Below are positions 9,453 through 19,049 of a stretch of 64,000 bases of DNA, one piece after another. The position numbers and the translations under genes are program-made. The notes beneath the pieces were generated by a model, which did no database searches, was not told where the DNA came from, and saw only the letters and a list, made by a program, of their open reading frames with translations. The stretch spans positions 49,017-113,016 of the forward strand of contig CAZIBG010000001.1 of the NCBI GenBank assembly GCA_964536985.1, read 5' to 3'. The stretch comes from an uncultured Candidatus Saccharibacteria bacterium. Lineage in GTDB: Bacteria; Patescibacteriota; Saccharimonadia; Saccharimonadales; AWTP1-31. Position 1 is the first letter of the stretch, and every line of letters starts with the position of its first letter.

Positions 9453-9857
9453 TTAGCCAGCGAGGTGGTGCTTGATGCGTTCTACGACATCAGCTATAAC
9501 TACCTGGGATTTAACTAGGTAGTCGTCCGCTCCGAGTGATTTTGCTCGCTCTTTGTCGCTATCTTGGCTCAATGCTGTAAGCATGACTACCTTAACCTTA
9601 GCGGTCTCTGGAGTGTTGCGGAGGATGTCGAGGACATCAAAGCCGCTAACTTTTGGCATCATAACGTCCAATACAATAAGGTCTGGGCGATATTCGAGCG
9701 CTCCTGCAAGTGCGTCTTCGCCGTTTGGTACTCGTTTTACATCAAAGCCTTCTGCTTGAAGTCGGGTTTGGTAAACGCTTGCGAGAGCGTCGTCATCTTC
9801 TACAAGTAGGATCTTGTATTGTTTTGTCGGGCTTGCGGTAGTTGTTGCTTCTTCCAT
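9453..9857 (-). CDS. stand-alone response regulator receiver (canonical)
   Basis: KILLVEDDD...DLIVLDVMMPKVSGFDVL...VVMLTAL...DYLVKS; all phospho-acceptor and pocket residues present; no output domain. Confidence 0.8.
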   Translation of the reverse strand: MEEATTTASPTKQYKILLVEDDDALASVYQTRLQAEGFDVKRVPNGEDALAGALEYRPDLIVLDVMMPKVSGFDVLDILRNTPETAKVKVVMLTALSQDSDKERAKSLGADDYLVKSQVVIADVVERIKHHLAG

Positions 9858-9909
9858 ACTGCTAATGGTAGAGTATTTTGCCGTTTATGGCAACTTTGTC
9901 TAGGAGTTA

Positions 9910-11508
9910 TTACCCTGCAAGAGCTTTAATAAATCCGGTAAACATTGGATGTGGTACATTTGGTCGCGATAGGAATTCTGGATGGAACTGACTTGCTACA
10001 AAATATGGATGATCAACGCCTTCGATAATCTCTACTAGTTCGTTACTTGGTGACTTACCAACAGCTTTGATCCCCCATGTCTCATACTGACCGACGTAAG
10101 CATTATTTGCTTCGTAGCGGTGGCGGTGGCGCTCGGTAATCTTCTGAGTACCATAAAGCTTCGCAGCCTTACTTCCCTTTTGAAGTACGCAAGGATAATC
10201 TCCTAGTCGCATTGTCCCGCCGGTGTTCTCTTTGCCAGTCTGATCGACCATCGTATGGATAACGAGGTTGCTTGATTGAGGATTAAACTCTGCAGAGTTA
10301 GCGTCGCTAATGCCTGCGTTTCGAGCCGCAGCAATAACACCAACTTGCATACCCAGACACAACCCAAGGTAAGGCATTTTTGTAGTTAGGGCATGTTGGG
10401 CGGCGATAATCTTACCCTCTACGCCTCGCGACCCGAATCCGCCTGGAACAACTATGCCATCAAGACCTTTAAGGTGCTTCTTGATGTCTTTGTCATCCCC
10501 GAGCTTTTCTGCGTGAACCCATTTGATCGCGATACCAACGCCTTGAGCCCATGCTGCCGCTTTGAGTGCCTCAAAGACCGACATATAGGTGTCCTGATTG
10601 TCCATATACTTGGCGACGACTCCGACGGTGACAGTCTTCTTTGGAGTGGCAAGTATCGATTTAACCATTTTCTCCCACTCAGCTAGTTGCGGCTTTTTCG
10701 CCGGTAATTTAAGACGGTCGACGATATATTCGCCGATACCTTGATTCTCGAGTGTAAGTGGCACTTCATATACTGTTCGGGCATTAGGCAAAATAGCTAT
10801 TCCAGCTTCTGGCACACCACAAAAGGCACTCAATTTTGCTTTTGTTGATCCATTTGTTGGAACTTCACTACGTGCAACCAGTACATTCGGAATAATCCCT
10901 AAGCTTCTTAGATCACGTGTTGCATTCTGTGCAGGCTTGGTTTTAATTTCTTTACTTGTCGATAGATACGGAAGATATACCACATGGACATACAAGCAGT
11001 TCTCGTATCCAACGACTGCGCCAAGTTCTCGAATAGCCTCGAAGAATGCAGGACTTTCGTAGTCGCCCACGGTACCACCAATTTCAACAATATGAACATC
11101 GAACCCACGCGCAGCAGTTACAACCGCCTGCATAATGGCATTAGTAAAGTGTGGTATCACCTGAACAGTTTGACCGAGGAATTTACCGGCACGCTCATCG
11201 TCAATCAACCCTCTGAGGATCCTGCCACTCATAACCGAACTGGAGCGAGTAAGTTGAGTATTCAAGAATCGTTCGTAATGTCCTAAATCTAGATCTGTTT
11301 CAGCACCATCCTGAGTAACAAAACATTCTCCGTGTTCTGCTGGATTTAATGTCCCGGCGTCGACATTTAGATAGGGGTCTAGCTTCTGCATATTCACCCG
11401 AAGCCCGCGAGCTTTTAGAATATTCCCCATTGAGGCGCCGGTTATTCCCTTTCCTAAGCCAGAAATGACTCCGCCTGTAACAAATACATACTTAACAGGT
11501 TTTCCCAA
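9910..11508 (-). CDS. pyrG: CTP synthase
   Basis: KYVFVTGGVISGLGKG, the GATase motif LGLCLGMQ, and HRHRYE; TTG start preceded by GAGGGG. Confidence 0.95.
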   Translation of the reverse strand: MGKPVKYVFVTGGVISGLGKGITGASMGNILKARGLRVNMQKLDPYLNVDAGTLNPAEHGECFVTQDGAETDLDLGHYERFLNTQLTRSSSVMSGRILRGLIDDERAGKFLGQTVQVIPHFTNAIMQAVVTAARGFDVHIVEIGGTVGDYESPAFFEAIRELGAVVGYENCLYVHVVYLPYLSTSKEIKTKPAQNATRDLRSLGIIPNVLVARSEVPTNGSTKAKLSAFCGVPEAGIAILPNARTVYEVPLTLENQGIGEYIVDRLKLPAKKPQLAEWEKMVKSILATPKKTVTVGVVAKYMDNQDTYMSVFEALKAAAWAQGVGIAIKWVHAEKLGDDKDIKKHLKGLDGIVVPGGFGSRGVEGKIIAAQHALTTKMPYLGLCLGMQVGVIAAARNAGISDANSAEFNPQSSNLVIHTMVDQTGKENTGGTMRLGDYPCVLQKGSKAAKLYGTQKITERHRHRYEANNAYVGQYETWGIKAVGKSPSNELVEIIEGVDHPYFVASQFHPEFLSRPNVPHPMFTGFIKALAG

Positions 11509-11578
11509 AACATACCCCTCATTAATACTATTGATACTATCACGAGGGGCGACTAAAACTAAAGCGGGATACTAAGAA

Positions 11579-12799
11579 CTACAACGTTTTTAGTTTTGAT
11601 ACGGCAGCGTCAAGCTGGGGGTCTTTACCGGCCTTGTAATCATCTACCGTTCGTTCGACTTTCTGATCAGGTGTAATGCCTTCTTTATCGATATTCTTTC
11701 CTGCTGGGGTAAACCATCGTGCAATGGTTACCTTTAGTAAGGCGCCATCGCTTAACTGCTCTGGCTGCTGAACGCTGCCTTTTCCAAAGCTCTTCACCCC
11801 AAGCAATGTAGCGACTTTGTTATCGCGTAGCGCACCAGCGGTGATCTCACTAGCACTTGCACTACCCTCATCGACGAGCACTACGGTTGGCACACCTAGT
11901 AATGTGGCGGTACCTCTAGATTTGTAAGTCTTGATTACCGTTCCGTCGCGACGTTCTGTTAGGATAGTCTTGTCCTGGAGCCAAAGACTCGAGACATCGA
12001 CAGCAGACTCTAGATAGCCGCCAGGGTTGCCTCGCAAGTCTAAAACTACGCTCTTAACTCCTGAACTCTTAAAACCAGCTGCCGCCTTCTGTGTTAGCCC
12101 GGCGGTATCTTCCGAGAAGCGACTTATCTTTATGTAGCCGACATTCCCTTCCAGTGTTTTGCTTTCTACGCTTGGGATATTGATGGTATCGCGAGTAATC
12201 TTGAATGTTAGCTCTTCTTCACCTCGAATAATGGTGAGCGTAACTTGCGTAGCCTTGGGGCCTCGGATCTTGTTGCGTGCCTCTTCTACACTGAGGCCTA
12301 TGGCGCTTTTGCCATCAATCTTTGAAATGATGTCTTTGGGCATTAAGCCAGCTTTAGCGGCAGGCATGTTAGCAATTGGAGCCACGATAATAACAGCGTC
12401 CTTATCTTTACCCAATTCGGCGCCAATTCCCTCGAACGAACCACTGAGCTGTTCGTTGAATTCTTTGGCCTCTTTAGCCGACATAAACTCGGTATAAGGA
12501 TCGCCACTTGCAGCGACTAGACCTTTTTTGAGTCCATCCATAAGCTTATCTACCTCTAGATTGCCGTCATACTTAGCGCGAAGTTCATCGTATACCGACT
12601 CTACGCTGGTGTAGTCTAGATTTGCCGGAAGATTCTTCTGACTATCGAATTTGGTCGTAACAGGCGAGAAATTGCCTTTACCGGCCTGCACTCCCGCAAC
12701 AAAGATCAGGCCAGACAATAATACGGCTGCTGATACTTTTTGGAATGAAAGTCCCTTGTTCTGGCCATTAGAAAATAGTTCAATACGCTTTTTAGACAC
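11579..12799 (-). CDS. ctp: S41 family C-terminal processing peptidase
   Basis: PDZ region plus LDLRGNPGGYL and LVDEGSASASEI motifs; N-terminal TM anchor. Confidence 0.85.
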   Translation of the reverse strand: MSKKRIELFSNGQNKGLSFQKVSAAVLLSGLIFVAGVQAGKGNFSPVTTKFDSQKNLPANLDYTSVESVYDELRAKYDGNLEVDKLMDGLKKGLVAASGDPYTEFMSAKEAKEFNEQLSGSFEGIGAELGKDKDAVIIVAPIANMPAAKAGLMPKDIISKIDGKSAIGLSVEEARNKIRGPKATQVTLTIIRGEEELTFKITRDTINIPSVESKTLEGNVGYIKISRFSEDTAGLTQKAAAGFKSSGVKSVVLDLRGNPGGYLESAVDVSSLWLQDKTILTERRDGTVIKTYKSRGTATLLGVPTVVLVDEGSASASEITAGALRDNKVATLLGVKSFGKGSVQQPEQLSDGALLKVTIARWFTPAGKNIDKEGITPDQKVERTVDDYKAGKDPQLDAAVSKLKTL

Positions 12800-12845
12800 A
12801 CGCCCTCCAGGCTTTTACTTGTAGATCTATTGTACCTTATGCTTA

Positions 12846-14090
12846 TTAGAAGTGGATGAACTTCATGCCAAGACTTGTGTATTTTGATACGCTCATCTCA
12901 TACATACGATATGCACCATCACCGCCAAGATTGTAATCGCTAACAACAATTGAACCGTCACTATTTACCGACTCAATGAATCTAACGTGGCCATAAGTAC
13001 CAGTAGTTATGCCAACTACTACTCCCCCGCTTGGATTGCCATTAACTTCGGCAGATGTACGATCATCCCAGTACTTGGCGTGACCTAGGCCGGAAAGTCC
13101 AGCGGGTGTATAGCCCTTAACTTGTGCTACACGGAATGCAGCCCAGCTAGTACAGTTACGGTAGCCGTAGGCCCACTCATCATATAAGTTTCGTGGACTG
13201 CTAGCACTTGGGTATCCCCAATCATACTCACGACATGGAGGATCGGCCGATCCGGGCCACAAACAAACGGCATTACCATACTTATAGCCGCCGCCACCTG
13301 CCACTCCCTTTGGGATTGAGCCTCCGAGGGCCCGCATGTTCTCTTCTACTTGCTTGCGGTTTAACTCTGATACGCGTGCACTATTATCCTTAATCTGAGC
13401 AGTCAGGGCGTTCTGCTGGTCCTGGTTGAGTGACAGAAGTCTATTCTGCTCTGATTTTTGCGAAGCGACCTGGTCTTTAGCCTTTTCCTGATCTTTCAAA
13501 AATCTTTCGACTTCTTCTTTTTGGCCACGTAACTGGAATTTGAGTTCAGTTATCTTCTCTAGTGTTGTCTTGATCTTATCTTGGACGGAGTTACGATACT
13601 GCTGTTTATCTACGAATTCGCTTAAATCCTTGCTAGAGGCCAACATTTCGAGTGTAGATATCTTACCTTCTAGGTATGATGCTTTTATGTTCTCGCCTAA
13701 AACATTCTTTTGTCGTGCCAGCTCTGCCTCAGCCTCATTGATTTGACCCTGGATAACTTCGATCCTAGTCTGGCTTTCGGCGATTTGTGATTCAAGGAGT
13801 GATATCTGCGCCTGAAGCTCAGCCACCGCTTCGCTAATAGAAGAAGCCTCTACTCCAAGAATATTCTTGGCTTTTTCTTGATCCTTAATTGCTTTTTCGA
13901 GCTGCTGTTTTTCTTGTATCTCTGTTTGGGTAAGTGCCCTGACTAAAGGCATGCCAATAAGAGTAGCGCCAAACACTAAACTAAACAGAAGGAAGGCAAT
14001 TCGCTTGCTGCCCGGTAACGTCTTAGTTTTTAGTGTTTTTATTTTTAGCATTTGTATATTCATAATATCATACCCCGCTAGTGCTTGCAA
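12846..14090 (-). CDS. PcsB-like cell-wall hydrolase: N-terminal coiled coil plus C-terminal CHAP domain
   Basis: Signal/TM segment, about 230 aa of heptad-rich coiled coil, then CHAP Cys (YRNCTSWAAF) and His (YGHVRFIESV). Immediately downstream of ftsEX. Confidence 0.7.
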   Translation of the reverse strand: MQALAGYDIMNIQMLKIKTLKTKTLPGSKRIAFLLFSLVFGATLIGMPLVRALTQTEIQEKQQLEKAIKDQEKAKNILGVEASSISEAVAELQAQISLLESQIAESQTRIEVIQGQINEAEAELARQKNVLGENIKASYLEGKISTLEMLASSKDLSEFVDKQQYRNSVQDKIKTTLEKITELKFQLRGQKEEVERFLKDQEKAKDQVASQKSEQNRLLSLNQDQQNALTAQIKDNSARVSELNRKQVEENMRALGGSIPKGVAGGGGYKYGNAVCLWPGSADPPCREYDWGYPSASSPRNLYDEWAYGYRNCTSWAAFRVAQVKGYTPAGLSGLGHAKYWDDRTSAEVNGNPSGGVVVGITTGTYGHVRFIESVNSDGSIVVSDYNLGGDGAYRMYEMSVSKYTSLGMKFIHF

Positions 14091-14108
14091 TAAGTAGGTT
14101 TTATTGCT

Positions 14109-15059
14109 TTATTTGCTAGTTTTAAACTTTAAGTACCGTCGAGTTGCAATCAGTGACGACACCGCACCAATTAGCATTCCGACCCCAAGCTGAAGACCTA
14201 AAAACATCCAGAACCGGTCGGTAAAGTACTTATTTGAAAAACTAATATCAAGCAGACCCAGGCTACTTGCCTCGAATGTACTGGCCGAGATACTAAATAG
14301 ACTTCGAATAATTAGCAATGACACTATTCCCGATACCACTCCATACATAACACTCTCTACAATAAAGGGACCCCTAATAAAGTTAGTACTTGCACCAAGT
14401 AGCCGCATAATTGTTAGTTCGTCACGCCGATTAAATATAGCCATTTGTATAGTGTTAAAGATAATCAGCATTGAAATAATAGCAAACGTTATGACACCCA
14501 CCACACCGACCCTTCGGAAGAGACTGGTGGCGCTAGCAATCTTATCTATGGCTTTTTTCCTGTCTCCCGAATACGATGTCTTGTCGGATTGAAGTGCCTT
14601 TATGTCTTCTTTCTCAAGAAACACCTTTATTGACTCGATCTTGTTTGGATCACGCGGTTTGATCTGTAAACTTGCAGGTAATGGATTATCTGTTTGGGTT
14701 ACGGCCTGAAGTAGATCTGGATTATCGGCGTTCTGTTTTTTATATAATTCGAGGGCTTCTTCTTTAGTAACAAATCCAACTGATTTAACGTTTTCCAGAT
14801 TCTTGATTTTATCAACGAGCTGATCGCGTTGCTTAGCTGTGACCGTATCCTTAAGATATACCGAAATATCTATACGGTCGGTTATCGACTGGACGGTGTT
14901 GGAAAAGGTTGCATTAGCAATAATAGAAAAAAGGATGATAGTGAGAGTTATGACCATAACAGCAATTGCTGCCATACCCAGCCAAGCGTTACGTACAAAG
15001 TTGAGCGCCCCTGTTTTAAAGATCCGCTGCCCCATTATTATGCTGCGACGTGCGTTCAC
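14109..15059 (-). CDS. ftsX: cell division permease FtsX
   Basis: 4-TM FtsX topology with a large extracytoplasmic loop; overlaps ftsE by 4 nt. Confidence 0.85.
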   Translation of the reverse strand: MNARRSIIMGQRIFKTGALNFVRNAWLGMAAIAVMVITLTIILFSIIANATFSNTVQSITDRIDISVYLKDTVTAKQRDQLVDKIKNLENVKSVGFVTKEEALELYKKQNADNPDLLQAVTQTDNPLPASLQIKPRDPNKIESIKVFLEKEDIKALQSDKTSYSGDRKKAIDKIASATSLFRRVGVVGVITFAIISMLIIFNTIQMAIFNRRDELTIMRLLGASTNFIRGPFIVESVMYGVVSGIVSLLIIRSLFSISASTFEASSLGLLDISFSNKYFTDRFWMFLGLQLGVGMLIGAVSSLIATRRYLKFKTSK

Positions 15060-15736
15060 TGACGATACTCCGCATTTGCACGGTCACTGACGATACCACC
15101 GTCTTGTATGGTGATGACCCGGCGTTTGAGTTTGTTTACAATCTCTTGATTATGGGTAGTCAGAATAACTGTAGTTCCGAAACGATTAATTTTCTCTAGG
15201 ACCCGAATAACATCCCAGGCGTGTTTAGGGTCGAGGTTACCTGTTGGCTCATCGGCAATAAGAATTCGTGGTTGACGGACAATGGCTCGAGCTATTGCTA
15301 CGCGTTGGCGTTCACCACCGGATAGTTCACGTGGCATACGCTTTTCCTTGCCTTTTAGGCCAACGATGTCCAATACCCGTGGAACGGTGTGGTTTATTTC
15401 TTTGTTACCCATTCCAACAATTTCTAAGGCAAAGGCTACGTTCTCGAATACTGTCTTGTTGGGCAGTAGCTTGAAATCCTGAAAGACAACCCCGATTTTT
15501 CGGCGCAACAATGGGATCTCACGGTCTTTAAGGGTCTCATAGTCAATGCCGCCTACTATTATCTTTCCACTGGTCGGTTTTTCTTCTCTGGTAAGCAGTT
15601 TTAGAAGTGTTGATTTACCAGCGCCACTCGGGCCGACGATAATAACGAACTCTTTTGGTTCAACGTGTAAACTGATCCGCTCTAACGCTGGACCATTATG
15701 ACTATACTTTTTTGTTACCCTATCGAGAAGAATCAT
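15056..15736 (-). CDS. ftsE: cell division ATP-binding protein FtsE
   Basis: Walker A GPSGAGKST, signature LSGGERQR, Walker B ILIADEPT. Confidence 0.9.
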   Translation of the reverse strand: MILLDRVTKKYSHNGPALERISLHVEPKEFVIIVGPSGAGKSTLLKLLTREEKPTSGKIIVGGIDYETLKDREIPLLRRKIGVVFQDFKLLPNKTVFENVAFALEIVGMGNKEINHTVPRVLDIVGLKGKEKRMPRELSGGERQRVAIARAIVRQPRILIADEPTGNLDPKHAWDVIRVLEKINRFGTTVILTTHNQEIVNKLKRRVITIQDGGIVSDRANAEYRQ

Positions 15737-15744
15737 GTTTACTC

Positions 15745-15753
15745 ATTATAGCA
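15745..15753 (-). promoter_or_regulatory. extended -10 TGCTATAAT, 8 nt upstream of ftsE ATG
   Basis: Reverse complement reads TGCTATAAT then gagtaaac then ATG; no SD. Confidence 0.45.
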
Positions 15754-15808
15754 AATAGCTAACGCTTTGACAGTAAACGGTTCAATAATGTACAAATATG
15801 TATTTTTA

Positions 15809-15817
15809 TGCTATAAT
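15809..15817 (+). promoter_or_regulatory. extended -10 TGCTATAAT, 7 nt upstream of ATG 15825
   Basis: tgctataat then tagcttt then ATG. It lies inside the ORF-track N-terminal extension, which I therefore reject. Confidence 0.45.
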
Positions 15818-15824
15818 TAGCTTT

Positions 15825-16667
15825 ATGTTACACCGTGATTTTGGATCTGAGATTGAGTATAACCAGGGTAATCCTGCCCTCACTGAAGTGGCAGGCATTG
15901 AGCTACCACTAGTTGGGTCTCTCGCTATCCGATTACAGGGCGGCTTTGTAACCCGCTGTGTCTTAACGAGTCCATCCTTGGGCGAAGCTATACCAGTACT
16001 TTATGCTGATGATGACCTGACGGACCCGAAACTAACTGCCACACATATCATGTCACCGGTTGGACCCGACAATGACGGTTTTGGCGGCAACCACGGTTTC
16101 CCTCGATTCGCCAACTACCATGCTTTTGCAAAATGGGTCGATAAAGACTCCGGAGCAGTTACCCTGCCCCTGCAAGCCAAACGCTCCGATATGGGGCTTG
16201 GATTAAGCAAGAAGTTTAGCCTGGTAGCAAATAAACTGGTAAGCACTACTGTTCTGCGCAATAACGGTGAAGATCCTGAAGAAACTAGTCTTGGAGAGCA
16301 CAACTACTTTACGCTAAAAGATGCGAATCCTACTGGCATGACGGTTAACGGGAAGAGTCTAGATGTCATCCTGGGTGCCGGAGCGACCGATAAGATAATG
16401 AGTGGCAATGCACAGTACTGGCCATCGTTTCCAGGGATTGCTCGTATAGCCTTTCCTGCTGGCTATGGAGTTGATTTGAGCGCCGTAGCATTACGTAACG
16501 GCGCAGCCTCTGAAGATAACGTAGGAATGCTTTTCTGGCATAAAGCAGGCAGTCCATCTATTTGTTTTGAACCAACGGTAGGATTCGATATGCCGGACAG
16601 AAACAAGGGCGCCGTTATCCCCGGCTACTCAGCACTTGGACTCAAGACCGAGATCGAACTGCTCTAG
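15825..16667 (+). CDS. aldose 1-epimerase / hexose-phosphate mutarotase-like protein
   Basis: GNHGFPRF and ICFEPTVGF resemble the HGF(A)R and C(I/V)EP boxes of the aldose-epimerase fold. Start moved to ATG 15825 (MLHRDFG). Confidence 0.45.
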   Translation: MLHRDFGSEIEYNQGNPALTEVAGIELPLVGSLAIRLQGGFVTRCVLTSPSLGEAIPVLYADDDLTDPKLTATHIMSPVGPDNDGFGGNHGFPRFANYHAFAKWVDKDSGAVTLPLQAKRSDMGLGLSKKFSLVANKLVSTTVLRNNGEDPEETSLGEHNYFTLKDANPTGMTVNGKSLDVILGAGATDKIMSGNAQYWPSFPGIARIAFPAGYGVDLSAVALRNGAASEDNVGMLFWHKAGSPSICFEPTVGFDMPDRNKGAVIPGYSALGLKTEIELL

Positions 16668-17746
16668 CTGATTGTATGTTCTAGATAGGCGTTGATGAGT
16701 GGCTCTAGATTGCCATCCAGCACGGCATCGGGGTCGCTTGTTTCATATCGAGATCGCAAGTCTTTTACCTGCTTATACGGATGGAGCACGTAGCTTCGAA
16801 TCTGATTACCCCACTCTGCCGACTGATTAGGTCCTTTAAGATCACTGAGGTGCTCTTTGTGCTGTTCTAACTGCAGAGCTGCTAATCGTGACCTCAAGAT
16901 AGTCATGGCAGTTTCTTTATTCTGTAGTTGTGAGCGCTCATTCTGGATAGCTACTACTACGCCACTTGGAATATGGGTTATGCGTACCGCTGAATCGGTT
17001 GTGTTAACGCTCTGGCCACCATGCCCACCGGCACGGTAGACATCAATCTTTAGCTCTGCTGGATCGATCTGAAGTTCGTCTGGTCGATCAATCTTAGGCA
17101 TCACCTCCACTTTAGCAAAACTAGTCTGGCGAAGATTATCAGAGTTAAAAGGACTCAATCTGACCAGGCGGTGAACGCCTACCTCTGATGCTAAACGACC
17201 ATATGCAAATGGACCACTTATCTCTATAGTTGCGCGCTTGAGTCCAGCTTCCTCGCCTGCAGATTCTTCAATCAAACTAACGCTCAGGTTCTGCTGCTCG
17301 GCCCATCGGGTGTACATACGGAGAAGCATTGCAGTCCAGTCTTGAGCATCCGTTCCGCCAGCACCGGCCGAAAGAGTTAGAACAGCATCATGGTCATCAT
17401 ACTTGCCATTAAATCGGAGATCTTTCTTGAGCTTTTCGAAGGCTGATTCTACAGCATGTAATTGTTTAACGAGGTCCTCCTTGATTGAAACGTCGTTCAT
17501 TCCGATAAGTTCCTGCAGTTCCGATAGCTCCGTTCCGAGCGACTGCCATGGTTCTGTTCGAGCTTTTAGCGCGGACTGTTGCTTCATAGCCGCTTGGGCA
17601 GTTAAATTGTCACTCCAAAAGTCAGCAGCTTTTGTTTTGCCTTCAATGATATCCAATTCATCGATTAAATCATCTAGTTTAAGCTTCTTAATTGCCTTTT
17701 GGTATTGCTCTTTAAGGCTTGCTAATTGCTTAGCGATGTCGTCCAT
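16664..17746 (-). CDS. prfB: peptide chain release factor 2 (uninterrupted, no +1 frameshift site)
   Basis: SPF tripeptide (VRLSPFNS) and GGQ (GGHGGQSVN); single continuous 360-aa frame. Confidence 0.9.
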   Translation of the reverse strand: MDDIAKQLASLKEQYQKAIKKLKLDDLIDELDIIEGKTKAADFWSDNLTAQAAMKQQSALKARTEPWQSLGTELSELQELIGMNDVSIKEDLVKQLHAVESAFEKLKKDLRFNGKYDDHDAVLTLSAGAGGTDAQDWTAMLLRMYTRWAEQQNLSVSLIEESAGEEAGLKRATIEISGPFAYGRLASEVGVHRLVRLSPFNSDNLRQTSFAKVEVMPKIDRPDELQIDPAELKIDVYRAGGHGGQSVNTTDSAVRITHIPSGVVVAIQNERSQLQNKETAMTILRSRLAALQLEQHKEHLSDLKGPNQSAEWGNQIRSYVLHPYKQVKDLRSRYETSDPDAVLDGNLEPLINAYLEHTIS

Positions 17747-17755
17747 ACAGCTATA

Positions 17756-19048
17756 TTAACTACGTTCCCAGAGGGGTGCAACTTGCTTGTGAAGATCATC
17801 GAGAAATGTATCGGCTGCGTTTCCAAGCACACCAAGTCCCCAGACTTTATCGGCAAACATCACGCGGCTAACATCAATAATCCCTTCACGGGTAATGGCG
17901 TCAATGCGTTCAGGTATTTTGTAGTAGTCTTCGATAACATCATCGAAGAAGTATCGGAAGCTATATCCACTGGCAGTTCCGCCAACGGTCTGGCCGCTGC
18001 GCTGATATCTTCCAAGGGCGTATTGTTTAGCGGATTCGATATCTTCAGCAGAAATTTGGCCGTCGAAAACCTCATGAAGTTCTTTGGTGATAATTCCAAA
18101 CAATGCCGTGGCATTTGCAGGCATAACTTGGGCACCGAACCACCAGTTTGCACTACTCTTTGTCTGCCCCATTCCAGAACTCATATTGTAAACCAAGCCA
18201 CGTTCACGTGCCGTACCGAAGATTCGAGAATACAATGTCTCGGTAAGCATGGTATTGATAAGGCTCAAGTTATCGGATTCTGGGTCGCTTAGACGGTGCT
18301 TGGCGAATGTGTCGAGGTAAAAATATAGATTATCAACGCTATCGTTATGTAGATACAAGGGAGTGCCGATACTCTTTGGTTGTTCTTGAGGCAAAGCGGT
18401 TCTACCCTTGCCCTTAGGAAGCTCGATTGAACCGAAGAGCTGTTCCACGGCTTTTCGCCTTGTTGCATTTAGATTTCCAGCAATAACAAAGCGCATATTA
18501 CTGCTAGTATGAGTCGTCTGGTAGTGGCTAGTTACATCATCAATTGTGACGTTATCCATCAAGCGCACTCGTTCTTGATCCGTTAAGACAAAGAACCCGT
18601 ATTTCTCGCGTAGCGCTAAACTAAGATGCCGGAAGTGGTTGTTCGATCGAGCGGTAAGTTCTTCTCGGACATTGCCGAATTCTGCGTCGAACTCTTCTGT
18701 CAAGAATAGTGGTTTCGTTATTGATGTCAGGAGAAGTCCAAGTACTCGATCCCACTCAAAGTCGGCACATTCTGCTTCGTATATAACATCATAGCTACCA
18801 GTCGAAGCATTAAAGTATGCTCCGTTCTTCTCGAATTCGGCTTGGAAAGCACGCGCCTTGGGAACCAACTGGTTTGCACCAAGCATCATATGCTCCATTA
18901 GGTGAGCTGTTTCCCACTTCTTCTTTTCTACCAAGTAGTCTCCGGCTCGGAAGTTAACCTCATAGCTCATTACACTAGCATCTGGCACATGAATTAATAA
19001 GCCTTCGGCTCCATTTGCAAGTTTTACCTGATGGACGGTGTGTTTCAA
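17756..19048 (-). CDS. M16 family zinc peptidase (insulinase-like)
   Basis: Inverted zinc motif HLMEHMMLG (HxxEH) near the N-terminus. Confidence 0.8.
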   Translation of the reverse strand: MKHTVHQVKLANGAEGLLIHVPDASVMSYEVNFRAGDYLVEKKKWETAHLMEHMMLGANQLVPKARAFQAEFEKNGAYFNASTGSYDVIYEAECADFEWDRVLGLLLTSITKPLFLTEEFDAEFGNVREELTARSNNHFRHLSLALREKYGFFVLTDQERVRLMDNVTIDDVTSHYQTTHTSSNMRFVIAGNLNATRRKAVEQLFGSIELPKGKGRTALPQEQPKSIGTPLYLHNDSVDNLYFYLDTFAKHRLSDPESDNLSLINTMLTETLYSRIFGTARERGLVYNMSSGMGQTKSSANWWFGAQVMPANATALFGIITKELHEVFDGQISAEDIESAKQYALGRYQRSGQTVGGTASGYSFRYFFDDVIEDYYKIPERIDAITREGIIDVSRVMFADKVWGLGVLGNAADTFLDDLHKQVAPLWERS

Positions 19049-19049
19049 A

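Noticed and set aside
11509-11578. SD-sequestering hairpin CCCCTC...GAGGGG upstream of pyrG as a possible pyrimidine-responsive leader
   Set aside because: The best promoter (TTAGTT-17-TAGTAT) places the 5' arm of the hairpin upstream of the predicted transcription start. The arm would therefore not be in the mRNA, and no terminator or poly-G/C reiterative-transcription features are seen.
15798-15824. ORF-track N-terminal extensions at 15798-15824, 42730-42774, 56513-56593 and 40263-40298
   Set aside because: The first three extensions run across strong -10 or -35/-10 promoter elements and add non-conserved residues. The frr extension lies upstream of a GTG that has a perfect AAGGAG. The shorter starts are better supported.
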